Shown: positions 7,839-17,799 of the stretch, piece by piece
Layout of the letters: each line of letters starts with the position of its first letter
How positions within the stretch are numbered: position 1 is the first letter of the stretch
From: Methanocellaceae archaeon UBA148
GTDB taxonomy: Archaea; Halobacteriota; UBA148
Assembly: GCA_002495885.1 (NCBI GenBank)
Contig: DAHG01000033.1
Span: forward strand, 18,477-82,476
DNA length: 64,000 nt
Direction of reading: 5' to 3'
The notes under the pieces: generated by a model
Databases searched by the model: none
The model's input: only the letters and a program-made list of their open reading frames with translations
What the model was told of the DNA's origin: nothing
Program-made: the position numbers and the translations under genes

Positions 7839-10426
7839 ATGGAAAAGAGTAAGAAATTAAAACTTTTTATTTGCTACTCACATAAAGACAATTCTAGTGA
7901 TAATCCCTACGTAGAACAATTCAAAGAACATATCGCTCCGCTCAAAGATTTAATAGAAGAGTGGTATGATCGCGAAATTTTACCCGGCGATGATTATCAA
8001 AATCAAATTGATAATAATTTAGAAGAAGCAGACATAATTTGTTTATTTATCTCATCACATTTTTTTTATTCAGATAGCTGTAAAAAAGAAAAAAAGAAAG
8101 CATTGGAATTGAGAGAACAGAAAGGAATTCCAATTATTTCAATCATTTTGTCCGATTGTGGGTGGTTAGATGATGAAGATATTTCTAAGACATTAGTTTT
8201 GCCCACAGATGGAGAACCTGTCTCAAGTTTTCAAAATCGAGACGAAGCATGGTATGATGTTTACATCGGATTAAAGAAAGTAATCGAAGAAGAGATAAAA
8301 ATTAAGCAATTAAAAATAACAGAAGAATTTGAAAATTTTTTATAAGATACAGAGATTCTAAAAGAAGCACACCCTAAAAAAGAAAGAGTTTTTTTAGATG
8401 ATGTATTTGTACCTCCTGAGTTAAGTAAATATGATATTTTAAAAGAAGAAGAAAACATAGGTGCAGATGAATTATTTGAAAATATCTTAAATTATCCAAA
8501 GATTGTTATAGCTGGAGAAAGCCAATCAGGTAAAACAACTCTGTGTAAAATGATGTTTAAAGAGTTGCGAAAGAAGAATTTTTTTTCCTGTGTATGTATC
8601 TGACGAGAAGAATCAGTTCAAAGGAAAAATAGAAAAAAGAATATTAACTTCACTTCGTAAACAATATGAGGGGGGCGATATAGGTCAAATTGATAGAAAG
8701 CGAATAATCCCCCGAATAATCCCGATAATAGATGATTTTCATTTTGCTAAGGATAGGGAAAGGCATATTAAAGATTTATCTAAATATCCCCGCTGTATCC
8801 TCTTTGTTGATGACATTTTTTGTTTGAACATTGAAGATGAAAAACTGATTGGGCAATTCTCTCATTTTAAAATAAAAGAATTGACATCTTACCTAATTTA
8901 TAGATTCATTAAAAAGTGGGTAGGCTTAACAGATAAAGAAATAGATATTTACAAAGAAATAGATACTTACAAAGATATTGATCAAAAAATAGAAATAATA
9001 AAATCCGTTTTAGGAAGAAATATCGATAGAGGGATTATGCCAGCATATCCCTTTTTTATTTTATCTACCATAGTTAATTACGAAACATTTTCAAGTAAAT
9101 TTGACCAAGAAATAACATCTCAGGGTCACTGTTATCAGGCTCTTATATATTTTTATTTAGGGAGACATGGTGTAAGAGTTGATGAAATTGATACATACAT
9201 GAATTTCCTAACAGAGTTTGCTTCCTATATTTACAGAGAGGAGAAGTATGAGATATCTCCTGATAATTTTACCTCATTTATGGAGTTGTATTTGGAAAAA
9301 TATAATCTTCCAATAAATCAAGAGATCTTAATTGAAAAATTAAGTCCAATAGTTTCAGTGGATAGCTTTAATAATTACTCATTTAAATATCCATACTTTT
9401 ATTACTTTTTTGTTGCTAGATATCTTGTTGAAAATATTGAAGATAACGAAGTAGAGAAAGAAATAAAAAACATAATAGGTAGTCTTCATGTAGCTAAAAA
9501 TGTCTATATTGCAGTTTTTATGGCTCATCATTCTAGAAATACCAAAATCTTAGGAGAACTTGAAAAGAGTGCGGAACATTCATTTAATGAATACAAACCT
9601 GTAACATTTGTAAAAGATGAAGTTAAGTTTTTTGATGAACAAGAAAAAATTATTGTTAAAGCAGTTTTGCCACCTGCCAGTACAACACCTGAAAATGAAA
9701 GGATGAAAAGATTAAAGATTGAAGATGAACAGGAACAGCATCAAAGAGATTTAGAAAAAAAAAGAAAAAGTCGATGAAGAAGATTTTTTGGAAATAGGAT
9801 CTTTGGAAATAGAATTAAGGAGAGCTATTAGGACAGTAGAAGTTATGGGGTGCATTATCAAAAATAGGGCAGGCTCATTAGAAAAAACGAAACTTGAAAG
9901 AATATTTGTAGAAGGAATGAATGTTAACTTAAGAATTTTATCCTATTTCTTTGGAATGATAAAAAGTGAAGATATAAGCAATGCCGTAATTGATATTATA
10001 TCAGAAAGATTAATAAAAATAAATGAAGAAAGCAAAAGCGAACTAAGTGACGAAAATCTGCGCAAAAAAGCAAAAAAAAAATTTTGGAATTTGATGTTTG
10101 ATGTTACGTATGCTATCGTTAATAAGACTGTTCACTCGTTAGGTTCAGATAAATTAACTGCAATTGTTGAAAAAGTTTGTTATGAAGTTAACACTCCCGC
10201 CTCTTTCTTGGTAAAACATGGGATTTTAATGTGGTACAATAAGAATCCACAAATTGATGAAATTGAAAAAAAGATTAAGGAAAAGGACTTTTCCAAAATA
10301 GCAGAAATGATAATAATCTCAATGGTTGTGAATCATTGCTCTGAACATCCAATTAGTGCTAGAGAAAAACAAAAAATTCAAGACACATTGAGAATTCCGT
10401 CAAGAAAACTTTTAAAAAGAGGTTAA
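7839..10426 (+). pseudogene. TIR domain / P-loop (STAND-like) NTPase defence-type gene, disrupted by an in-frame TAA and two +1 homopolymer shifts
   Basis: TIR-like N-terminus (KLFICYSHKD...DREILPGD...ADIICLFISS...SCKKE). TAA at 8343-8345, after which the same frame stays open with no start codon and encodes IVIAGESQSGKTT. The frame then shifts in T8 (8579-8586) and in A9 (9755-9763). Walker-B-like IIPIIDDFH. Confidence 0.7.
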
Positions 10427-10532
10427 TGAAGGATTATGGAGGGGATTCATATTAGAAAAATCTTCATCAAATGTTTTGCTTAATCTTCAACTAAACATAT
10501 TTATTTAGCATTGTGCTTTAATGTAGATTTGA

Positions 10533-13469
10533 ATGGAAAGAGACGAGTTCTTAAAGATTTCATTAATATTGTCGGCTTCGCTTATCGTCAGAGTTCTACT
10601 TTTTCCTGCCGAAGGCTATTACATAGACACCAACACGTTTACAGCCTGGCATGCCTCTGCAGCAGAGGGACTGCGTACCTTCTATGACAGGGGGTGGTCA
10701 GATTATCCTCCTTTCAGCATCTACATATTCTGGATATTTGGAAAAATCGCCAAGTACTTTTCGCTTTTCAATACCAGCCATTTTGTTTATTTGTTAAAGC
10801 TGCCTTCAAATCTCTTCGACATGGGCATCTCTCTTTTTATTTTCTTTTTTTTACGTAAAAAAATCGGTTTTAACCATGCCGCTTTCATAATGGCAATCTA
10901 TGCCTTCAACCCGGCAACCATTTACAACCTGGCTGTTTGGGGGCAGATGGATTCGATTTACACCTTTTTCATGATCTCTTCCATAATATGTCTCATCTAC
11001 AACAAGCCGGAATTGTCAGCCTCTTCTCTCGCCATAGCCATGCTAACCAAACCCCAGAGCATTGCCATTCTACCAGTCATAGGCTTCTTCATCATCAAGA
11101 AATATGATGTAAAGAGGATAATAACATCTCTTGCAGCTTCTGCTGCCTCGGTTTTTCTCGTCATCCTGCCCTTTAGATGGAGTAACCCCCTTGAATTCCT
11201 GATTAACATATATTCTACCGGCTATGGATACTATGCTTTCAACTCGGTAAGCGCCTACAATATCTGGGCATTTGCCGGTCTTTGGAAGCCAGACTCGATA
11301 GAATTGCTGTTTTTAAGTTGCCATGTATGGGGCATCATCTTGTTTGGGGCGCTTGTGTTGTTCGTGCTTTATTGCCTAAACAAAAGAGATGACACGGAAT
11401 CGCTGATCTTCTCCTCCTTCTTGCTCTCTCTCGGATTTTTTATGCTGATGACAAGGATGCATGAAAGATACATGTTTCCAGTATTCGCCATTTTGGCTTT
11501 AATCATGAACCACGAAAAAATAAAGACGATCTATAGCACCCTGGCTGCCACATACCTATTCAACTTGGCATATATTTTGAGTTTTATCAGTGAAGATAAC
11601 TTCGTCCCTGACAATGATGCATCTTTAATAATTTTACCCTTGATAAATCTGGCAATACTCGTATATTCCATGTACATCATGTATTCAACTCGTTTTCTTA
11701 AGAAAATAGAACTGAAAGATGATGGGCTCGATTTAAAAAAGCCTGACCTGAAAAAGTTAGTAGAGATGATTCCTGATAAGGAGGTCGTGAGTAAAATCAA
11801 GATTACAAGGCGAGACCTTGCAGTGATGTTTATTCTCACCGTCACCTTTTTTTCCATCACAGTTTTCAACCTGGGGGCCACAGAAATGCCAGCAACAGAG
11901 TGGCATCCCATAAACGAAGTAGAGAGCTTTTACATAGACCTTGGATCTGTGCAAACCGTCGACGGAATTGCAATTTTAATCAAAGACGAGAATTCCACAA
12001 CGGTGAATATTTACTGCGGAAGTCCGGATCATTGGAATTTTTCTATAAATTATGCAAGATCAGGAGTCTACTATTTCTGGGATGATGTACCGATAAGCAG
12101 TTTTGACGCCCAGTACGTCAGATTTGACTTTGAAGATTCTTCGGCAGAGATCCTAGAAATAGCAATATTTGGCAACAAAAAGAAACTCGAAATAAAAGAT
12201 ATAATTGATAGATATGAAAATGCCCAGTCAGATGGAAGGCAGTTAAAGAACCTGATAGATGAGCAGGTTTTAGTGGAAGAGCCCCTGACCTATAGGTCAG
12301 GCACATATTTCGATGAGATATATTTTGTGAGAACTGCTTATGAACATCTGGATTTCAAAGAGCCTTTTGAGTGGACTCATCCCCCACTCAGTAAACTCAT
12401 AATAGCTGGTGGAATTCTCTTATTCGGTTCCAATCCATTTGCCTGGAGGATAATAGAAGTGCTAGTTGCCACGTCAGTAATCCCGATCATGTTCATGTTC
12501 GGCAAGAAAATTTCCGGGACTTCTCTCGGGGGATTTATAGCCGCATTTCTCATGACATTTGACTTCATGCATTTTGCAGAAACCAGACTAGCAACAGGGG
12601 ATACGTTCATATTCTTTTTCTTGATCCTAATGTTCTACTTTTTCTTCGATTATTTCCAAGGAGCCTTTAAAAAGGGCTGGAAAGAGGCGGGTCTACCCTT
12701 ATTTTTAAGCACCCTGTTTTTTGGTCTTGCCATCTCAACGAAGTGGTATGCAATGTACGGGTTTATGGGGATGGCTTCTCTGTTTGTCCTCCTAAAACTA
12801 AAAGAATTTTCATCGATTGAAAAGAAGGATAATGTGCAAAAGTACCTATTTTACCCCCTATTGATCGTCTGTTTTTCCCTGGCAATTTCGATAACCATCT
12901 ATATCCTGACATACATACCCTACATGCTGGCAGGCCATAGTTTAGGGGATGTGATAAACCTCCAGTTTACCATGTACGGGTATCATTCGTCTCTCACTGC
13001 ATCACATCCATTCGCATCACCTTGGTGGAGCTGGCCCTTAATGCTCAAACCGATGTGGATTTACAGCAATACTTTAGATGGAATCGTTTCAACCATCGTT
13101 TTGATGGGGAATCCAGCCATATGGTGGGTCGGTATAATCTTCTTAATTTTAACAGCCACAAAAATGGTGAGAGACAGGGATAAAACCTGTATGTTCATAG
13201 TAGTGCTGTTTCTTTCCCAGTGGATCCCATATGTCCCGATTTCAAGGGCGTTATTTATATATCACTTCTACGCAAACTTGCCTTTTATGGTTCTGGCTAT
13301 TACATATTGGATGAATAATTTGTGGAATGAGAAGACAAAATGGTTAGTTATCGCGTATTTGGCGGTGACATTGATTTTGTTCCTTATCTATTATCCAGTG
13401 ATATCCGGATACCCCATAGCATATGAATATAAAGAAGGTCTGAGATTGTTAGAAAATTGGATATTTTAA
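10533..13469 (+). CDS. 978-aa membrane glycosyltransferase: two GT-C-type modules separated by a discoidin/F5-8-type-C-like domain
   Basis: The N-terminal module has GYYIDTNTF...WSDYPPFSIY (Gpi18/ALG6-8-like first-loop motif). The central part reads SFDAQYVRFDFEDSSAEILEIAIFG (about 11925-12180). The C-terminal module has YFDEIYFVRTAYEHL (PMT/GT39-like DE motif). More than 15 predicted TM helices. Confidence 0.65.
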   Translation: MERDEFLKISLILSASLIVRVLLFPAEGYYIDTNTFTAWHASAAEGLRTFYDRGWSDYPPFSIYIFWIFGKIAKYFSLFNTSHFVYLLKLPSNLFDMGISLFIFFFLRKKIGFNHAAFIMAIYAFNPATIYNLAVWGQMDSIYTFFMISSIICLIYNKPELSASSLAIAMLTKPQSIAILPVIGFFIIKKYDVKRIITSLAASAASVFLVILPFRWSNPLEFLINIYSTGYGYYAFNSVSAYNIWAFAGLWKPDSIELLFLSCHVWGIILFGALVLFVLYCLNKRDDTESLIFSSFLLSLGFFMLMTRMHERYMFPVFAILALIMNHEKIKTIYSTLAATYLFNLAYILSFISEDNFVPDNDASLIILPLINLAILVYSMYIMYSTRFLKKIELKDDGLDLKKPDLKKLVEMIPDKEVVSKIKITRRDLAVMFILTVTFFSITVFNLGATEMPATEWHPINEVESFYIDLGSVQTVDGIAILIKDENSTTVNIYCGSPDHWNFSINYARSGVYYFWDDVPISSFDAQYVRFDFEDSSAEILEIAIFGNKKKLEIKDIIDRYENAQSDGRQLKNLIDEQVLVEEPLTYRSGTYFDEIYFVRTAYEHLDFKEPFEWTHPPLSKLIIAGGILLFGSNPFAWRIIEVLVATSVIPIMFMFGKKISGTSLGGFIAAFLMTFDFMHFAETRLATGDTFIFFFLILMFYFFFDYFQGAFKKGWKEAGLPLFLSTLFFGLAISTKWYAMYGFMGMASLFVLLKLKEFSSIEKKDNVQKYLFYPLLIVCFSLAISITIYILTYIPYMLAGHSLGDVINLQFTMYGYHSSLTASHPFASPWWSWPLMLKPMWIYSNTLDGIVSTIVLMGNPAIWWVGIIFLILTATKMVRDRDKTCMFIVVLFLSQWIPYVPISRALFIYHFYANLPFMVLAITYWMNNLWNEKTKWLVIAYLAVTLILFLIYYPVISGYPIAYEYKEGLRLLENWIF

Positions 13470-13493
13470 GTAAAGGAAGGAAGGTGCAACAAA

Positions 13494-13856
13494 ATGAACG
13501 TAATTCTATTTATCTTATTTGCTGCCGTTACTGCTGCCTTTGGGCAGTTAGGATTTAAGCTGGGAATGAATCAGGTCGGAGAAGTGAGCAAAATATCACC
13601 AAGCGTTCTCTTGGAAATGGTTTTTAATCCATATGTGCTAATTGGTCTTGTTCTGTATGGAGCCAGCACAGTTTCTTGGCTGGTAGCATTGTCCAAAGAA
13701 AATCTGAATTTTGTCTATGCCTTCACAAGCCTGATACTAGTAATGGTTTTTCTCCTCTCCCTCGCCTTCTTAGGGGAGAGTGTTACGGTATATAATACTC
13801 TTGGATATTCCCTGATTATTTTGGGCTTATTAATAATCTTTTTTTACCAGAGGTAA
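13494..13856 (+). CDS. Small 4-TM EamA/ArnE-like transporter (candidate lipid-linked sugar flippase subunit)
   Basis: 120 aa and four hydrophobic helices. Sits between the GT-C and GT2 genes. Confidence 0.55.
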   Translation: MNVILFILFAAVTAAFGQLGFKLGMNQVGEVSKISPSVLLEMVFNPYVLIGLVLYGASTVSWLVALSKENLNFVYAFTSLILVMVFLLSLAFLGESVTVYNTLGYSLIILGLLIIFFYQR

Positions 13857-13857
13857 A

Positions 13858-14580
13858 ATGAGAGGATCAGTCATATTTCCAGCTTATAACGAGGCAAATA
13901 AAATAGAAGTGGCAGTGGAGAGGACCATTGGGATTCTCAATAAAAATAAAAATGAAATAAATACGAGCTACGAGATTATCATAGCAGAGGATGGAAGCAC
14001 CGACGGAACAGACAAAATTGCGAAGAATTTAGCAGAAAAGTTTGAAGCTGTAAAACACATACACAGCGATGTTCGACTAGGTCGAGGAGGGGCTTTAAAA
14101 AACGCATTTAAAAATGCAAGCGGCGAGATCATGGTTTACATGGATGTCGACTTAGCGACTGATATCGAACAATTGGATGAGCTGATAGGCAGTATAAGAG
14201 AGGGATACGATTTTGCTACCGGGTCCCGAATGCTACATGAGAGCAAAACGAAAAGAACCTGGAAGAGGAGTATAGCAAGTAAAGGATATAATTTTTTGAT
14301 AAGAACCCTTCTAAGATCCGAGATAAAGGACCACCAATGCGGATTTAAATCTTTTAAAAGAGAGCCTTTGTTTGATTTGCTAGACGAAATTAAAGATCAA
14401 CACTGGTTTTGGGATACGGAACTGCTCGTTCGGGCGCAGAGAAAAGGCTACCGCATCAGGGAGTTTCCCGTGAACTGGGCTCATACCGGTGCAACCAAGG
14501 TGGATTTAATAAAAGATGTCATCGGAATGGGCTCTCAGGCTTTCAGGCTCTGGTGGGAGCTGGATGTTTTGAAGACCTGA
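13858..14580 (+). CDS. Family-2 glycosyltransferase, polyprenyl-phosphate sugar synthase (Dpm1/GtrB-like)
   Basis: VIFPAYNE...IIIAEDGSTDGT...GRGGALKNAF...YMDVDLATD. Confidence 0.8.
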   Translation: MRGSVIFPAYNEANKIEVAVERTIGILNKNKNEINTSYEIIIAEDGSTDGTDKIAKNLAEKFEAVKHIHSDVRLGRGGALKNAFKNASGEIMVYMDVDLATDIEQLDELIGSIREGYDFATGSRMLHESKTKRTWKRSIASKGYNFLIRTLLRSEIKDHQCGFKSFKREPLFDLLDEIKDQHWFWDTELLVRAQRKGYRIREFPVNWAHTGATKVDLIKDVIGMGSQAFRLWWELDVLKT

Positions 14581-14843
14581 TGAACTTTCGACGGGGACGA
14601 CTGATGCGATGCAGTCAGTCAAGTCAATAAATCATTTTAGATATCAAACCATTTCAGTTCCAAAGTCTAAAAATAGTTATTTATCGATAGAAGATGTCAA
14701 GACTGCCGATATTACCTAGCAGATTGAGTATTCTGTCTTACATGTCATATTGGTCGTGCAATATTTTAAGAGGCTATAGATGTTTTTTAATTTTTTTCTT
14801 TTCTTTGAGAGTACGGATTTAGACGATACTTTGCAATATTAGC

Positions 14844-16550
14844 TCACATCGATTCCGGAGCTATTATCCCCAGCAAATTCAAGACATTAGCCAAAACAAT
14901 TCTTGCGCATTCCACGAGGGCTAGTCTCGCTTTTCTCGTATCACCCTCCGCCTTAAGCACCGGGATATGGAGATAGAACTGGTTGAACTTCTCAGCAAGC
15001 TCCCGGGCATAGGTGGCAACGATGTTCGGCTTCAGATCATGTGCAGCAGAAGCTACAATGCTGGGGAAGAAAGCCATCTTCTTGATCAGCTCTACTTCAC
15101 ATGGTTCTTTAAGCAGAGAGGGATCGAAATCTTCCAAGCTGGCTTTGCTAAGAATGCTACACGCCCTGGCATGTGCATATTGAATGAAGGGAGCGCCTTG
15201 CTTCTCAAAATCAAGGGCCTCTTCCCACTTAAAAGTAATCATTTTTTCAGGAGCCACCTTAACGGTGTCAAATCGGACCGCCCCCATCCCAACGATGCCT
15301 GCTATCTTTCGTTTTTGATCTTCTGGTAGATCAAGCCTTCTTTTTTGGACCTCTATGTAAGCCCTATCAAACGCCTCATCCAGCAGATCATCGAGATCTA
15401 CGACGACGCCAGCTCTAGTAGACATCCGACCTTCAGGCAATGAGACAAACGAGTAAAACACGATTTTAGGCTCCCTTTCGATTCCAAGTATTTTAAGAGC
15501 TGTTTGTAACTGGGACATTGCCAGTTTCTGGTCCTCACCAAGCACGTTTATAACGACATCGGCGTGATCAAATTTCCAGATATGGTATGCTATGTCTCGG
15601 GTGGTGTATAGCGTGATGCCATCGGAACGTGTCAGTACGAAGTCCTTCTCAAGTCCAAATTCCCCTAGGTCAAGCGTTAATGCACCATCCCTTAGAGAGA
15701 CATATCTTGTCTTTTTCAGTTTCTCGAGGATTTTACCTACAGACCCGTCTCTCACAAATTGAGATTCCCACACAAATCGATCATAGTGGATATCGATTCT
15801 CTCCAACGTTTGTCTTTGACCCAGCATGCAGTTTTCCACTACTTTCTTGAATTTCTGAATGGTCTCAGGATCGCCAGACTCGTACTTTGCCAGAATCCCG
15901 CTGACTTCTGTATCTATTTTCGGATCTTCAGAGATGAGTTCGTTTGCCCTCCGATAGTACCTTACTACATCATGATCGGACTTACCAAGCTCACGTGCTG
16001 GTTTTGGTAGAGTGTTCGGATCAATTTTATCGTATCCCCAAACGATAGTGGCTATTTGCTTGCCCATGTCATTTACGTAAAACTGTGTATCGACCTCATA
16101 GCCCGCTCTCCTAAGAATTCTGGCAAGGGTGTCACCTATTATCGGATTCCTGCCCCTGCCAACATGGAGAGGCCCAGTAGGATTGACAGAGGTGTGCTCC
16201 AAGATGATTCTTTCATCCTTTTTGGGCAAAGAGCCATAATTCTCGCCCTCTGTGGAGATTTTCTTGATGATATCTTCCAAGAACCCCGTATTGACATAAA
16301 AGTTGATGTAGGGGCCTATGACATCTGCTTTGTCAATATAGGACCCTTTTGGAATTTGAATTTTTTTAAAGATTTTTGTTGCGATAGTTTGGGGGGACTC
16401 CCCGTATTTTGAGGAGAGTTTGAAGGCCAAAGAAGAGGCTATATCTGCATGTGCTGATGTCTCTAAGCACATATCTTCGGCACCATATCCTGCCGCTTCA
16501 ACCGCTTCCCGTAATAAAGATTTGACTCCATTTTTAAATTCTGGGAACAT
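14844..16550 (-). CDS. argS: Arginine--tRNA ligase
   Basis: SVNPTGPLHVGRGRN (HIGH-type motif) and ArgRS-typical length and C-terminal anticodon-binding domain. Its start shares 1 nt with the prf1 stop (TGATG). Confidence 0.9.
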   Translation of the reverse strand: MFPEFKNGVKSLLREAVEAAGYGAEDMCLETSAHADIASSLAFKLSSKYGESPQTIATKIFKKIQIPKGSYIDKADVIGPYINFYVNTGFLEDIIKKISTEGENYGSLPKKDERIILEHTSVNPTGPLHVGRGRNPIIGDTLARILRRAGYEVDTQFYVNDMGKQIATIVWGYDKIDPNTLPKPARELGKSDHDVVRYYRRANELISEDPKIDTEVSGILAKYESGDPETIQKFKKVVENCMLGQRQTLERIDIHYDRFVWESQFVRDGSVGKILEKLKKTRYVSLRDGALTLDLGEFGLEKDFVLTRSDGITLYTTRDIAYHIWKFDHADVVINVLGEDQKLAMSQLQTALKILGIEREPKIVFYSFVSLPEGRMSTRAGVVVDLDDLLDEAFDRAYIEVQKRRLDLPEDQKRKIAGIVGMGAVRFDTVKVAPEKMITFKWEEALDFEKQGAPFIQYAHARACSILSKASLEDFDPSLLKEPCEVELIKKMAFFPSIVASAAHDLKPNIVATYARELAEKFNQFYLHIPVLKAEGDTRKARLALVECARIVLANVLNLLGIIAPESM

Positions 16551-17650
16551 CAGATATCAGTCCTAAATCTCAGCAGAGCTGCCACACCTCCAAATGCGTT
16601 CATCAGCTGCTCCCCTTCTTCAAAATCTGTTGAGATAAACTCTATGGAAGAGGATTTCTGATCTGCCAATTGTGATAGTTCTGCCACAAGCTCTGCATTC
16701 AACTCTTCTGAGATCAGCAGGGTATCAACTGCCCCCAGTTCAACGTTTTTCCTGACAGAATCCTTTCCATACGCAGCCAATCCATTATCCGTCACTATCT
16801 CACTCATGAACCTATCCATAAGCTTCTTTTCCCGTATCAAATCCAGACCAGCAAGCACTTCATGCGATGCATCCAATATTTCATACAAGCCAGATTCATC
16901 CGTATATGAAATGTCAAATACTCCAAGAATCTTTTGTTGTAGTTCGTGGTGGAGATAGTCTCCACCGATGAATTCCTCCTTTGTCGGACTTGGCCCACCT
17001 ACAAGAATGCCACCCAAATCCTTGACCCCAAGAAATATCTCGCTTGCCTTGTCACCAATCCTCTTATAAAATTCGTTTATCGATATCAATCTCAACCTTT
17101 CGAATCTGCGTGCAGATTGCCCGCCCCTGCTCTGTTTGCCGGGAACATTGGAGGCCATATGTTTGATTGCTTCGATGTTTTTTCCACGAAGCACGCCAAT
17201 AGTTGCCTCCCTTCTGTCTAATACAAGTAAACCATAATTGTTCTTTTCCTCAAGCATTTCCTCTAGGGGCGTAAGTACGAACTCAGAACTGCATCTGTAA
17301 TGATAGGACGTAATGGGTTCTGGTGGCTCCAGAACCAACGTCTCCATAGTGGTTTTATCCCCACCAAGAGAGATGTTTCCACAAAAAATGACCATTCCAT
17401 TTTCTGGGGGTTTTTTAAAGTACTTAAGCCTAGCCATGATTGAGGACAATGCACTCTGGACATTGGTCCTAGTGGATTTGGATTTTATGTTCGATGCCTG
17501 ACCGTGTTCATCTCTTAGCTGCGCCACGACATCAGATATCTGTTTATCTGGCGGGATGTAGATCGTGATTAATTCCGTGCCTTTTCCACTTTTTTTCCTC
17601 AGTTCCTCTAATTTTTGTTTGAACTCGTATTTTTTACGCGTCTCTAACAT
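16550..17650 (-). CDS. prf1: Peptide chain release factor aRF1 (short form, 366 aa)
   Basis: NIKS (ASNIKSKST), YxCxxxF (YHYRCSSEF) and GGQ (RGGQSARRF) motifs. Confidence 0.9.
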   Translation of the reverse strand: MLETRKKYEFKQKLEELRKKSGKGTELITIYIPPDKQISDVVAQLRDEHGQASNIKSKSTRTNVQSALSSIMARLKYFKKPPENGMVIFCGNISLGGDKTTMETLVLEPPEPITSYHYRCSSEFVLTPLEEMLEEKNNYGLLVLDRREATIGVLRGKNIEAIKHMASNVPGKQSRGGQSARRFERLRLISINEFYKRIGDKASEIFLGVKDLGGILVGGPSPTKEEFIGGDYLHHELQQKILGVFDISYTDESGLYEILDASHEVLAGLDLIREKKLMDRFMSEIVTDNGLAAYGKDSVRKNVELGAVDTLLISEELNAELVAELSQLADQKSSSIEFISTDFEEGEQLMNAFGGVAALLRFRTDI

Positions 17651-17799
17651 TCAAACCTCTTGCATATGTTGTATTGATGCCATTAACTTAAGGGTTGTCT
17701 CAAGGAATGCCGCAAGTAGTTAAAAGTGAGCCCACTATTACCAAGGCGAGATGCCAACCAAGAATCTAAATTAAAAAAAAAAGTCGGCATACTTATTTA

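Noticed and set aside
8343-8345. Genome-wide reassignment of TAA (or TGA) to a sense codon as the explanation for the in-frame stops.
   Set aside because: Conserved genes terminate where their families normally end: on TAA (folD 37452-37454, pgk 29539-29541), TGA (argS, prf1, ribK) and TAG (glyA). The host code looks standard. Only an element-specific explanation remains, and it is kept as a minor alternative in the findings.
14579-14640. Possible C/D box sRNA (TGATGA at 14579-14584, CTGA at 14602-14605) after the GT2 gene.
   Set aside because: The box spacing of 17 nt is wrong for a 12-nt guide, and no convincing C'/D boxes or terminal stem follow. The TGATGA is simply the tandem stop of the GT2 gene.
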